From assembly GCA_963790475.1 (NCBI GenBank), contig CAWBOS010000015.1:192001-256000 (forward strand): a stretch of DNA of 64,000 nucleotides. The letters run 5' to 3'. Positions 9,263-18,958 of this stretch are shown here, piece by piece; position 1 is the first letter of the stretch; each line of letters opens with the position of its first letter. Origin of the DNA: an uncultured delta proteobacterium. Its GTDB lineage: Bacteria > Desulfobacterota > RBG-13-43-22. A program made the position numbers and the translations under genes. The notes below the pieces were generated by a model. It ran no database searches and was not told where the DNA came from. It saw only the letters and a list, made by a program, of their open reading frames with translations.

Positions 9263-10762
9263 TTATTTTTTCGCCGGTTTGCTTAAGGCCTCGCGGTCCC
9301 CGCCGCTCATCCCGGCAATGTACTTGACCAGTTTCTTACGGGATTCAATGTCATATTGGGTGGTAATGGCAATCTGTTCCATGATCGGAGAGCCGCCGCC
9401 ATGGTAGGCCCCCATTCTTTGCACTCCGCCGGCCGATGAGCACAGTACATCACCCAGGTACCGCCAGAACTGAGCCTGGTCCTCCACCGGCATCTTCGGA
9501 TTCCTTTTGGTGTATTTAAGAAGCAGATCTTTAATATCTTTATTCATGAAATCCTTTTCATGGGGGAAGGTGGCTACCACACCGCCGGAGAGATCGCAAA
9601 GGATTTCCGCTTCACGGAATACCGCCTCTCCCGTCAGACAGCGGCCGACATTACAATAAATCGAATGGGGAATGTAGGAACCGGGACCGTAGGGAACAAA
9701 TCCTACGCCGGGCATGTAAACCTCGGCTTTTCCCATACTGGAAGCCGTATATCCGGCAGCGTAGCCCAATTCGGTGATCATGATCACCTCGGCCAGCTTT
9801 TCCCGGACATGGGAGGCCTTATGAATGTTGTTCACCTCGGCCGCCAGGGCCGCGGTCCCCAACAGGATATCACCGAGACCCGGTTTGCAGCCCGAATAGG
9901 AATGCCGATGGAACAAGGCAAACAACAGGGCCATCGTACCTCCATGCTGCCATTCTCCGGCTAAAAATACCCTTTCCCAGGGCACAAAGCAATTGTCAAA
10001 GATCAGATAGGAATCGGTGGCTCCCTGGGAAAAGCCGCGGGGGAAATTATCCCTCTTCCTGAAGTTGCGGACGGTGACGACTTGTTTCATTCCATCCCAG
10101 TCAGCGGGAACGGCGAAGGAAACGGCATAGTCCTTATCTTCGGGGCGTAAGGCTCGGGTGGGAACCACCAGTACTTCATCAGCCACTGAAGCCTCTGAAA
10201 TGTGCAGCTTGCATCCGCTGACCACGATCCCGTCTCTCCGTTTTTCCATGATCCGCAGATAGGCTTCTTTGTTCTCCTGATCGGCAGGCCTGGCCAACCG
10301 GTCGCCCTTGACGTCCGTCTGGGCGCAGCAACCTACCAAATCTTCGGTCTGGAAGCGGGTCAACCATTTTTTGAAATTCTCATGATATTGGGTGGCGCCG
10401 TTGTTTTGTTTGTCCGCCTCATAGGAGACATTGTAAATCGAATTAGTGGCATCAATGCCCATGCAGCGTTGGATGCACCCTCCCACCTTGCCGCAAAGCA
10501 AACGGGTCATATCCTGTTTCTTGTGCAGGTCATCGGTATTCTGATGGATGTGGGTAAATCGGCTGATCCGCTCCCCTGTCAGATGAGAGACGGCGGTCAA
10601 CAAATCCTGGTTTTCAGGCTTTAATGTCTCATCAAAAGTGGTGCCGATGGTATTGAGACAGTCCTGCTGCTTCTCATCCAGCCGGTCGATCAATTCGCCG
10701 TCGCAATAGATATTTCGTTTCAGCTTGCTCAAGCCTTGGAAATACAGTTCCTTGGTTCTCAT
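9263..10762 (-). CDS. 4-hydroxybutyryl-CoA dehydratase (AbfD)/HpaB family flavoprotein
   Basis: CIQRCMGID and HRHSYSGCK (Cys/His Fe-S ligand pattern of AbfD), TDVKGDR, HGGGSP. Confidence 0.85.
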   Translation of the reverse strand: MRTKELYFQGLSKLKRNIYCDGELIDRLDEKQQDCLNTIGTTFDETLKPENQDLLTAVSHLTGERISRFTHIHQNTDDLHKKQDMTRLLCGKVGGCIQRCMGIDATNSIYNVSYEADKQNNGATQYHENFKKWLTRFQTEDLVGCCAQTDVKGDRLARPADQENKEAYLRIMEKRRDGIVVSGCKLHISEASVADEVLVVPTRALRPEDKDYAVSFAVPADWDGMKQVVTVRNFRKRDNFPRGFSQGATDSYLIFDNCFVPWERVFLAGEWQHGGTMALLFALFHRHSYSGCKPGLGDILLGTAALAAEVNNIHKASHVREKLAEVIMITELGYAAGYTASSMGKAEVYMPGVGFVPYGPGSYIPHSIYCNVGRCLTGEAVFREAEILCDLSGGVVATFPHEKDFMNKDIKDLLLKYTKRNPKMPVEDQAQFWRYLGDVLCSSAGGVQRMGAYHGGGSPIMEQIAITTQYDIESRKKLVKYIAGMSGGDREALSKPAKK

Positions 10763-10863
10763 TTTTTCTTCCTCCTTCTTTTAGCCCTTAGAATAATTAT
10801 AAAAATAATGGGTGATGATGGATAATGTCAAGGAAAACCTTCAGGGCGATCTCTTAAGGTAAT

Positions 10864-10899
10864 GGACTCTCTATTGAGCCAGTTGAGAGTCCTTTTTTT
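10864..10899 (+). terminator. Intrinsic terminator-like hairpin
   Basis: GGACTCTC...GAGAGTCC followed by a T-run. Confidence 0.5.
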
Positions 10900-10900
10900 C

Positions 10901-10986
10901 TTAACAGGTCAGTCCCGCCTGGCGGGATTGCCTTAGCTTGAAATCAGTTGAGGTCAGTCAGGCCCCGGGCGGGACTGACCTGTTAA
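10901..10986. repeat. 86-bp element with perfect 19-bp terminal inverted repeats (REP/MITE-like)
   Basis: TTAACAGGTCAGTCCCGCC ... GGCGGGACTGACCTGTTAA. Confidence 0.7.
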
Positions 10987-11037
10987 ATGAGGAATTCGAT
11001 TTGGCTGAACTTTGGCCAGATGATCCGTTTTCGCTGA

Positions 11038-11361
11038 TCAAAATAAAGTCTGGAGCCATTGTTTCACTTCGGGCGTCAAAGGATAAACACCTTTGGCGTG
11101 ATTGCAGCAGACCCAGAATTGCCGGGGGAGTTCAAGCTCATAAAGGTTTTCCGCCCCGTCTTTGGTCATCTTTTGCAAACGGACCTTATAAGGTTCCTGC
11201 CAGGTATCAATCGAAAAATAATAAGTTTCCTTTTCCGGATCGCCGTACCTTCCCGAATATCCGGTGTTCCCCCATTCCAGATAGCAGGCCACGGCATCGG
11301 CCGGCCCCATGTCCCAGTCAATCGAAATATCTTTAAACCTGGATAATTCAGCCACCTTCAC
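11038..11361 (-). CDS. DVU0772-family protein
   Basis: IDWDMGPADAVACYLEWGN and YYFSIDTW motifs. Confidence 0.7.
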   Translation of the reverse strand: MKVAELSRFKDISIDWDMGPADAVACYLEWGNTGYSGRYGDPEKETYYFSIDTWQEPYKVRLQKMTKDGAENLYELELPRQFWVCCNHAKGVYPLTPEVKQWLQTLF

Positions 11362-11367
11362 TCTCCT

Positions 11368-11811
11368 TCAATACTTTAATTCCCTGGATCCCAGGGACCG
11401 ATTCTCCTTCACCCGACCTCGCCTTTTCTTTTCAGCGATTCTTTCTTCCTGAACCCTTCGGGGAATCCGGGTCTTTTTTCTAAACCGTGGTTTGATCAAT
11501 GATTGGGCCAGCAATTCGACAAAACGTTGTAAGGCCAATTCCCGATTGACGGCCTGACTCCTGGTTTGTTGAGCGTTGACCCAAAGGACACCCGCTTTAT
11601 TAATGCGGGTGGACAGTTTCTTAAGGATCTGCTGTTTCTCTTCTTCTGAAAGACTGGGGGAGTTAAGGATATCAAACCAGAGGGTGATCCGGGTACTGAC
11701 CTTGTTGACGTTCTGCCCCCCGGCCCCGCTGCTTCGGGAAGCGGTAAAATATAGTTCGTCTTCGGGGATAGAAAGCCCTTCGGTAATTTTGACGGTCGGT
11801 TGTCTATTCAT
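11368..11811 (-). CDS. arfB: Alternative ribosome rescue peptidyl-tRNA hydrolase ArfB
   Basis: RSSGAGGQNVNKV (GGQ), RSQAVNRELA, basic tail KKRRGRVK. Confidence 0.93.
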   Translation of the reverse strand: MNRQPTVKITEGLSIPEDELYFTASRSSGAGGQNVNKVSTRITLWFDILNSPSLSEEEKQQILKKLSTRINKAGVLWVNAQQTRSQAVNRELALQRFVELLAQSLIKPRFRKKTRIPRRVQEERIAEKKRRGRVKENRSLGSRELKY

Positions 11812-12036
11812 CGTCTATCTGCGGATTCAGGCCATTAACAATCTCGAACCTGTACCGGACCTTAAACGGCCTGTCGGGAATAAGGCCAATCATTCAAAAA
11901 AGGCTTATTCCTGAAAGAGAAAACAGTTAACCTGACCTTGCCCGACAGACCTATTTCAAAAAACAGCCCATGAAAATATCTTTTGACAATCTCTATCCTA
12001 ATCTATTAATAAATATTACTTCAATATAAAAATAAT

Positions 12037-13245
12037 TTGAGCTTCCCTTCCATATATAAAGGAGCCTTTATGTTTATTGTTTGTCAAGAAAAATCCGGGA
12101 ACCTTAATAAAATGCTCAAAGGTAGTTTCCTGGCCCTTATGGTTCTCTCTACCTTGGGTCTCCAGGCTTGTTCCGACAAGAACAACGAGGCTTCCAAAGC
12201 CAGAAAAGAAAGGGTGGTGCCGGTTATGGTAACCACCGTAGAAGAGAAAACAGTTCCGGTACAGCTCACGGCTATCGGCAATGTGGAGGCCTATTCAACG
12301 GTGGCCATCAAATCTCGGGTCACCGGGGAGCTGAAGAAGGTCCATTTTCAAGAAGGCCAGGACGTGATCCGCGGGGCCTTGCTCTTTACTATCGATTCCG
12401 AGCCTTTTGTAGCCGATCTAAGAAAGGCTCAGGCCAATTTGGCTCGAAATATAGCCTTGGCCAAAAAGGCCGAAGAGGATCTCCGGCGCTATGCGGATCT
12501 CGTTAAGAAAGAATATGTCAGTCAGGAACAATATGATCAGGTGGCCACCAATCTGGACGCCCTGAAGGCCCAGATCAAGGCCGACCAGGCGACAGTGGAG
12601 ACTGCCCGTCTGCAAGTCAGTTACTGTTCCATTCAGGCCCCCATATCCGGCCGCACCGGTGCCTTGTTGGTCAACCAAGGGAATCAAGTTAAGGCCAATG
12701 ATGACACCAAGAATCTGGTCGTCATTAATCAGGTGCAGCCGGTCTATGTTACTTTTTCCCTACCGGAACAGGCCCTATCAGAAATTAAGAAATATTCGGT
12801 CGGCGGAAAGCTGAAAATAAAAGCCCTTCTTTCCAAGGAAGAGCAACCCGAAGAAGGCCTGCTGACTTTCATCGATAATACTGTGGATAAGACAACCGGT
12901 ACCATCCGCTTGCGGGGGACCTTCCCCAATAAGGAAAAAAGATTGTGGCCAGGGCAATTCGTCAATCTAATTCTGGGCCTGACCTCCCAACCCAATACCC
13001 TGGTCGTTCCTTCCCAGTCGGTCCAGACGGGAATGGACGGACAATACGTCTTTGTGATCAAACCGGACCTGAAAGCCGAAAATCGTCCGGTGACTGTCGG
13101 ACGAAGCCTGGACGGCTTTATGGTCATTGAAAAAGGGCTGAAAGCCGGAGAGATGGTGGTGACCGACGGTCAATTCCAATTGGTTTCCGGAACCAAGGTC
13201 CAGATCAAAAAGGGACTGGATCAAAAAGGGGCGGCCCGTCCATGA
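12037..13245 (+). CDS. RND efflux periplasmic adaptor (MdtA-like); likely start 12070
   Basis: LQAC lipobox-like sequence, lipoyl motif VHFQEGQDV, IQAPISGRTG, LWPGQFV. Confidence 0.93.
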   Translation: MSFPSIYKGAFMFIVCQEKSGNLNKMLKGSFLALMVLSTLGLQACSDKNNEASKARKERVVPVMVTTVEEKTVPVQLTAIGNVEAYSTVAIKSRVTGELKKVHFQEGQDVIRGALLFTIDSEPFVADLRKAQANLARNIALAKKAEEDLRRYADLVKKEYVSQEQYDQVATNLDALKAQIKADQATVETARLQVSYCSIQAPISGRTGALLVNQGNQVKANDDTKNLVVINQVQPVYVTFSLPEQALSEIKKYSVGGKLKIKALLSKEEQPEEGLLTFIDNTVDKTTGTIRLRGTFPNKEKRLWPGQFVNLILGLTSQPNTLVVPSQSVQTGMDGQYVFVIKPDLKAENRPVTVGRSLDGFMVIEKGLKAGEMVVTDGQFQLVSGTKVQIKKGLDQKGAARP

Positions 13246-16200
13246 ATATCGCCGAAACTTTTATACGCCGCCCGGTCATGACCACCCTGGTCATGATGGG
13301 GATCTTGATTTTCGGGATTATGAGCTATCGGTTGCTGCCGGTAAACGATCTGCCCAATGTGGATTTTCCGACCATCCTGGTCTATGCCGGCCTGCCCGGA
13401 GCCAGTCCGGAGACCATGGCCGCAGCCGTTGCCACCCCCCTGGAAAAGGAATTTTCAACCATTGCCGGTCTGGATTCCATGTCCTCCAGCAATGGCCAGG
13501 GCGTTTCCCAAATCACCCTGCAATTCAATTTGGAAAGAAATATCGATGCGGCGGCCCAGGATGTCCAGTCGGCCATGGCCAAGGCCGCCCGACAACTTCC
13601 TCCTGGTATGCCCGTCCCGCCCTGGTTTCGAAAGGTGAATCCGGCCGATCAGCCGGTGTTGTTTTTGAATTTAAAGTCTTCCCTGGTTCCTCTTTCGGTG
13701 GTTGATGAGTACGCCCAGACCGTCGTTGCCCAACGGATTTCCATGATCAGCGGTGTGGCCCAGGTTACGGTTTACGGCTCCCAAAAATATGCGGTCCGCA
13801 TCCAGCTCGACCCCAAGGCCCTGGCCTCCCGGGGCCTTGGCATTGATGAGGTGTCCAATGCTATTATTAACGGAAATGTCAACCTGCCTACAGGAGCCCT
13901 TTCCGGCAAGCACCAGGCCCTGACCATACTGGCCTCCGGCCAGCTCTACGATGCCGAGGCCTACCGGCCCATGATCGTGGCCTATCGCCAGGGCGCCCCG
14001 GTCCGTCTGGATCAGATAGGCCGGGTCCTCAACAGCGTCGAAAACGACAAGGTGGCCGGCTGGTATATTGATCAGCGCTCCATCGGCCTGGCCATCCAGC
14101 GTCAGCCCGGGACCAATACTATTGAAGTGGTGGACAATATCAAAAAACTTCTACCCTCTTTCCGGTCCCAGTTGCCGGCCTCGGTGGAGCTGATCACCAT
14201 GTTTGACCGATCGGAATCCATCCGTGACTCGGTCAATGATGTCAAGTTGACCTTGATCCTGACCATTTTCCTCGTCGTCTTTGTGATTTTTTTCTTTCTG
14301 CGCAATCTGTCGGCCACGATTATCCCCAGTCTGGCCCTACCCATGTCCATCGTCGGGACTTTCTCCGTGATGTATTTTATGAACTTCAGTTTGAATAACC
14401 TGTCCCTGATGGCCCTGATTCTGTGTGTCGGGTTCGTGGTCGATGATGCGATTGTCATGCTCGAAAATATCGTCCGCCACATGGAAGGAGGGGAACCTCC
14501 CCATGAGGCCTCTCTGACCGGATCCAAGGAGATCAGTTTCACCATCCTTTCCATGACCCTTTCTCTGGCCGCGGTGTTTATTCCGGTCCTTTTTATGAGC
14601 GGTATCCTGGGCCGGTTATTCCGGGAATTCGCCGTCACGATCATGGCGGCCATACTGGTCTCCGGTGTTGTTTCCTTAAGCCTGACCCCCATGCTCTGCA
14701 GCCGTTTCCTGCGTCCTCCCCAAAGCCAGCATCATAACCGGATTTATTGGGCCTCAGAACGTTTCTTTGCCGGTATGCTCAAGGTCTATGATTGGAGTCT
14801 CAAAAAGGTCTTGAATCATCGCCGGGCCACCATGATCGTAACCGCTCTTTTGCTCCTGGCCACCATTTATCTATTTTCAGTTTCTCCCAAAGGGTTTATC
14901 CCCAGCGAAGACACCGGCCAGATCAGCGGGATTACCGAGGCCGCCCAGGGGATTTCCTTTGATAGCATGGTCCTTCATCAAAAAGCCCTGGCCGATATCG
15001 TTCAAAAAGACCCCAATGTGGCCTCCTTCACTTCTTCCGCCGGGGCCGGCGGCCCCAGCGCCACCGGGAATGCCGGCCGAATGTTCATTCGTCTGAAACC
15101 AAGGGCGAAGCGTCTCTTGAACGCCGATGAGGTGATTCAATCCTTGCGGGCCAAATTGGCGGGTGTTCCCGGGATACAGATTTTTCTTCAAAACCCTCCC
15201 TTGATTCGGATCGGCGGGCGCTTGACCAAAGGGATGTATGAATTCACTCTGCAGTCTCCGAATACCCAGGAACTCTACCGCTCAGCCGTGCTTCTGGAAT
15301 CCAGGATGCGAACCCTGACTGAACTCCAGGATGTGTCCAGTGACCTGCAGATCAAAAACCCTCAGATCAATATGGACATAGACCGGGATAAGGCCACGGC
15401 CCTGGGGGTTACCGTGGCCCAGATTGAAGATGCCCTGTATTCGGCCTATGGCGACAGGCAGGTTTCCACGATCTATGCCCCCAATAATCAATACATGGTC
15501 ATCATGGAGCTGGAGCCACAGTACCAGATGGATCCGGCGGCCCTGTCTCTGCTTAATGTCCGCTCTAATACCGGTCAACTCGTTCAACTGGATTCTGTGG
15601 CCCGGATAAGCCGCAGTGTGGGTCCATTGGTGGTCAACCATTCGGGACAGCATCCTTCGGTGACCATCTCCTTTAACCTGAAACCCGGGGTGGCTATAGG
15701 TGACATCGTAGACAAAGTTGAAAAATTGGCCCGTAACGTCGTGCCCTCGGTCATCACCACCAGTTTTCAGGGATCGGCCCAGGCCTTTCAATCTTCCCTG
15801 AAAGGATTATGGCTCCTGCTGATTCTGGCCATTCTGGTCATCTATATCGTTTTGGGGATCCTCTATGAAAATTTTTTCCATCCCATAACTATTCTTTCCG
15901 GCCTGCCTTCAGCGGCCTTCGGGGCCTTACTGACCCTGCTCATCTTTAAGACCGAGTTGAGCATCTATGCCTTTGTCGGGATCATCATGCTCATCGGTAT
16001 CGTCAAAAAGAATGCCATCATGATGATCGATTTCGCCCTTGAAGCCCAGCGATCGGAAAGAAAGAGCCCGGCCGAGGCCATTTATCAGGGTTGTCTGATC
16101 CGTTTTCGTCCCATCATGATGACCTCTATGGCCGCCTTTATGGGCACCCTGCCGATTGCTCTCGGCTTCGGGGCCGGGGCCGAATCCCGACGTCCTCTCG

Positions 16201-16325
16201 GCCTGGCGGTGGTTGGGGGCTTGGTGTTCTCCCAACTTTTGACCCTCTACATCACCCCGGTTTTTTATCTTTACATGGAATCGTTTCAGGAAAGAATCAA
16301 AAAATGGAAGGGAAAGAAAGGATAG
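13242..16325 (+). CDS. RND efflux permease (MdtB/MdtC-like)
   Basis: FIRRPVMTTL, GFVVDDAIVMLEN, GIVKKNAIMMIDFA, RFRPIMMT; 1027 aa. Confidence 0.96.
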   Translation: MNIAETFIRRPVMTTLVMMGILIFGIMSYRLLPVNDLPNVDFPTILVYAGLPGASPETMAAAVATPLEKEFSTIAGLDSMSSSNGQGVSQITLQFNLERNIDAAAQDVQSAMAKAARQLPPGMPVPPWFRKVNPADQPVLFLNLKSSLVPLSVVDEYAQTVVAQRISMISGVAQVTVYGSQKYAVRIQLDPKALASRGLGIDEVSNAIINGNVNLPTGALSGKHQALTILASGQLYDAEAYRPMIVAYRQGAPVRLDQIGRVLNSVENDKVAGWYIDQRSIGLAIQRQPGTNTIEVVDNIKKLLPSFRSQLPASVELITMFDRSESIRDSVNDVKLTLILTIFLVVFVIFFFLRNLSATIIPSLALPMSIVGTFSVMYFMNFSLNNLSLMALILCVGFVVDDAIVMLENIVRHMEGGEPPHEASLTGSKEISFTILSMTLSLAAVFIPVLFMSGILGRLFREFAVTIMAAILVSGVVSLSLTPMLCSRFLRPPQSQHHNRIYWASERFFAGMLKVYDWSLKKVLNHRRATMIVTALLLLATIYLFSVSPKGFIPSEDTGQISGITEAAQGISFDSMVLHQKALADIVQKDPNVASFTSSAGAGGPSATGNAGRMFIRLKPRAKRLLNADEVIQSLRAKLAGVPGIQIFLQNPPLIRIGGRLTKGMYEFTLQSPNTQELYRSAVLLESRMRTLTELQDVSSDLQIKNPQINMDIDRDKATALGVTVAQIEDALYSAYGDRQVSTIYAPNNQYMVIMELEPQYQMDPAALSLLNVRSNTGQLVQLDSVARISRSVGPLVVNHSGQHPSVTISFNLKPGVAIGDIVDKVEKLARNVVPSVITTSFQGSAQAFQSSLKGLWLLLILAILVIYIVLGILYENFFHPITILSGLPSAAFGALLTLLIFKTELSIYAFVGIIMLIGIVKKNAIMMIDFALEAQRSERKSPAEAIYQGCLIRFRPIMMTSMAAFMGTLPIALGFGAGAESRRPLGLAVVGGLVFSQLLTLYITPVFYLYMESFQERIKKWKGKKG

Positions 16326-16716
16326 AAAAAGGAGCAAGGGAGGGACATACCGACGAGGAAACAAAATAAGATAAATCCTCAATCCCTGGATTATCGGCAT
16401 CAAAACTTACCTCAACAGACCCCAGGGTAAAAGGTTCGATGGGCCTTCAACGTTTGTAGAGTCTCCAGCCCGTATCAGTTGACCGCCTTCTCTCGCCTTA
16501 CTTTCCGGACGATATCCAAAGCCTGCTCATAGGTTATTTCCATTTCTGCCACAATAATAAATTGGAATAAGATTCAAGAGCAGACCTGCCTCCTTAATGC
16601 TATAAGGAAATGGTTCTTGGAGAGAAGACGCCAATTCTTGGTTGCCAATTCTTTGAAACCAAGTTATATTTAATCTGACAGTATTTGAGCTTATCGGACC
16701 TAATTGAGTTAATATT

Positions 16717-17151
16717 ATGATGAAAATTCTTGGTTTGGATTTGGGGAGCAAGACCATCGGGGTGGCCATCAGTGACGATCTGTTCCTCACCGCCCAGGTG
16801 TTGACTTCTATCAAAAGGACCACTCTGGAAAAAGACCTGGCGGTTATTGTGAGCCTGGTGGACGAATATGGGGTGGAGGAGATGGTGGTCGGCCTGCCGA
16901 TCAATATGGACGGAAGTAGCGGCGAATCGGCCCGCAAGGCCGAATCGTTCATCGACAAACTCCGGGAAACCCTCCCCATCAGGATCATCCCCTGGGATGA
17001 ACGCCTTTCTACCGTGGCCGCGGAACGGATCCTCCTGGAAGGAGACCTCAGCCGGAAAAAGCGACGCAAGGTGATCGACCGGCTATCGGCCGCCATCATT
17101 CTCCAGGGTTATCTGGACAGCCGGCCCCGGGAAAATGGACGGCCCCTTTGA
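16717..17151 (+). CDS. ruvX: RuvX/YqgF nuclease
   Basis: ILGLDLGSKTIGVAISD, VVGLP, WDERLSTVAAE, IDRLSAAIILQGYLD. Confidence 0.95.
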   Translation: MMKILGLDLGSKTIGVAISDDLFLTAQVLTSIKRTTLEKDLAVIVSLVDEYGVEEMVVGLPINMDGSSGESARKAESFIDKLRETLPIRIIPWDERLSTVAAERILLEGDLSRKKRRKVIDRLSAAIILQGYLDSRPRENGRPL

Positions 17152-18155
17152 AAAGGTACGGGGTCCTTTTTCTTCTGGTTTTCCTCGTTTCGGGGACTCT
17201 CTTGTGGGACAGTTTTTCCCGATTCTTATCTCCCCCGCCGGTAAAAAGCCCCGCGGTTCAGACCATTCGAATCCTGCCCGGAATGAGCCTTCAAGCCATC
17301 GCCCTTCATCTGAATCGGGAAGGGATTATTCAGGACCCCTATAAATTCATGGTCCTGGCCTGGATCAAAGGTCAGGGTAAGAAAATCCAATGGGGAGATT
17401 TTGAATTTTATCCCGGGATACCCCCCAGGCTTCTCTTATATTATTTAACCACCGGCAAAACCATGTTGAAACGGGTAACGATCCCGGAAGGATTTACCCT
17501 GCAGCAAATCGCCAAGCGTATTTCGGAAGAAAATCTGGTGGAAGAAAAGACCTTTTTGGCTTCAGCCCATGACCCCCGATTTTTGGAGGAGCTGGGCATT
17601 GACGGGCAATCCCTGGAAGGTTATCTTTTCCCGGATACCTATATTTTTAAGCGTGGGATGAGTGCCCAGACCATCCAGAAAAAGATGGTCCATAGGTTCA
17701 AAGAAGTTTTTACTGAACTTCAAGACCGGGAGGGTTTTTCAAGCCCGAAGGATATGAAAAAGGCGGTTATCCTGGCCTCCATCGTGGAAAAAGAAAGCGG
17801 GCTTCAAAGCGAAAGGCCTTTAATCGCCTCGGTCTTTTATAACCGGCTTAAGAATGGAATGGCCCTGCAAAGTGATCCCACGGTTATTTACGGCATCAAA
17901 GATTTTAACGGCGACCTGACCAAAAAAAATCTGCAGACGCGAACAGTCTACAATACTTACCTCCAACCCGGTTTACCCCCCGGGCCTATTGCCAACCCGG
18001 GCAAGGATTCCCTGCGGGCAGTTCTATCACCGGCCAAAAGTGAATATTTTTATTTTGTCTCCAAGAATGACGGCAGCCATTATTTTTCAAAAAATCTGAA
18101 GGATCACAACCGGGCGGTTGCCCGATATCAGCTTTCAAGAAAAGAAACGCACTAA
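17148..18155 (+). CDS. mltG: Endolytic transglycosylase MltG
   Basis: N-terminal TM helix, VTIPEG, LEGYLFPDTY, LASIVEKE, LQSDPT, GLPPGPIANPG. Confidence 0.95.
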   Translation: MKRYGVLFLLVFLVSGTLLWDSFSRFLSPPPVKSPAVQTIRILPGMSLQAIALHLNREGIIQDPYKFMVLAWIKGQGKKIQWGDFEFYPGIPPRLLLYYLTTGKTMLKRVTIPEGFTLQQIAKRISEENLVEEKTFLASAHDPRFLEELGIDGQSLEGYLFPDTYIFKRGMSAQTIQKKMVHRFKEVFTELQDREGFSSPKDMKKAVILASIVEKESGLQSERPLIASVFYNRLKNGMALQSDPTVIYGIKDFNGDLTKKNLQTRTVYNTYLQPGLPPGPIANPGKDSLRAVLSPAKSEYFYFVSKNDGSHYFSKNLKDHNRAVARYQLSRKETH

Positions 18156-18215
18156 TCCTCCGGCAAAAAAAATCGAGCCAATCTTATTTGTGTCCTACAA
18201 GAAAGGAACCCTTCC

Positions 18216-18467
18216 ATGAATCCGGGAAATCATACCCACGATTTTGTCAATCAATATCAAGGGCTGGTCGGCTTCGGCCTGGACCGGGAAACCGACGAAA
18301 AATCCCTGATGGTTTACCTGCAAAAATTCTCTGATGATGAATTTTTGAAGACCCTGATTCCCCGACTGAAGGATGAAGAAATCCAGGAAATTTTAGAAAT
18401 CATATCCCGCCTCCTGAGAACCCATTTGAAAGAAAAAGAATATCACCGGCTGTTTCTCAAGGAGTGA
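18216..18467 (+). CDS. Small conserved hypothetical cytoplasmic protein
   Basis: AAAGGA RBS; acidic helical 83-aa ORF ending EYHRLFLKE. Confidence 0.7.
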   Translation: MNPGNHTHDFVNQYQGLVGFGLDRETDEKSLMVYLQKFSDDEFLKTLIPRLKDEEIQEILEIISRLLRTHLKEKEYHRLFLKE

Positions 18468-18958
18468 TAACCTCGAAGTTGCATAAAAATTGATCTATGA
18501 AATATTACCAATAAAAAACAGTTTATTTTGATGAATTCAGAATCGGTGCCAAAACTCACACGAGGTGAAGGTAAATTTTACTAACAGATAGATCAACTTT
18601 AATGTCACCTCGAGGATAACCCCCCTTTTTCTTTGGCCCTTTCCATTGAAACAAACCCTACGGCCGGATCTGTTTTCTCAGGAGCGAAGAGGACATTTTT
18701 CCTTGCCCCCCTTCACTTTTAGATAAGGGGAAGGGAGAGAAGAGGTGGGAAGATGAAAAGGACGAAAGCGAGAAGAAAGGAGGAAGGCCCAAAGGAGAGG
18801 ATTTAAAGGGAAGTCGGTTAATTTATTAAGAACGGGAAGACGAGGGAGGGGGAATGAGAACCTGTATTAGGGAGAATACCAGACCGAGAGAAAAAGCTAT
18901 CCCCTGAGGTTTTAAGAAAATTAGGAAGATGAATCGGGGTAACCATAGGGGGAAAGGT

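Noticed and set aside
10810-10900. Possible riboswitch upstream of the AbfD-like gene
   Set aside because: Only a promoter-like stretch and one hairpin are visible; no aptamer consensus recognised.
12037-16325. RND pair lacking an outer-membrane factor gene as a novelty
   Set aside because: Common arrangement; a TolC-like channel is often encoded elsewhere.
16527-17099. 190-aa minus-strand ORF and other long antisense ORFs over lepA, the RND genes, the ATPase and amrS
   Set aside because: They overlap well-supported genes on the opposite strand and carry no recognisable motifs.
18659-18690. Weak similarity to the 3' end of the 18216-18467 gene
   Set aside because: About 30 bp with several mismatches; could be chance.
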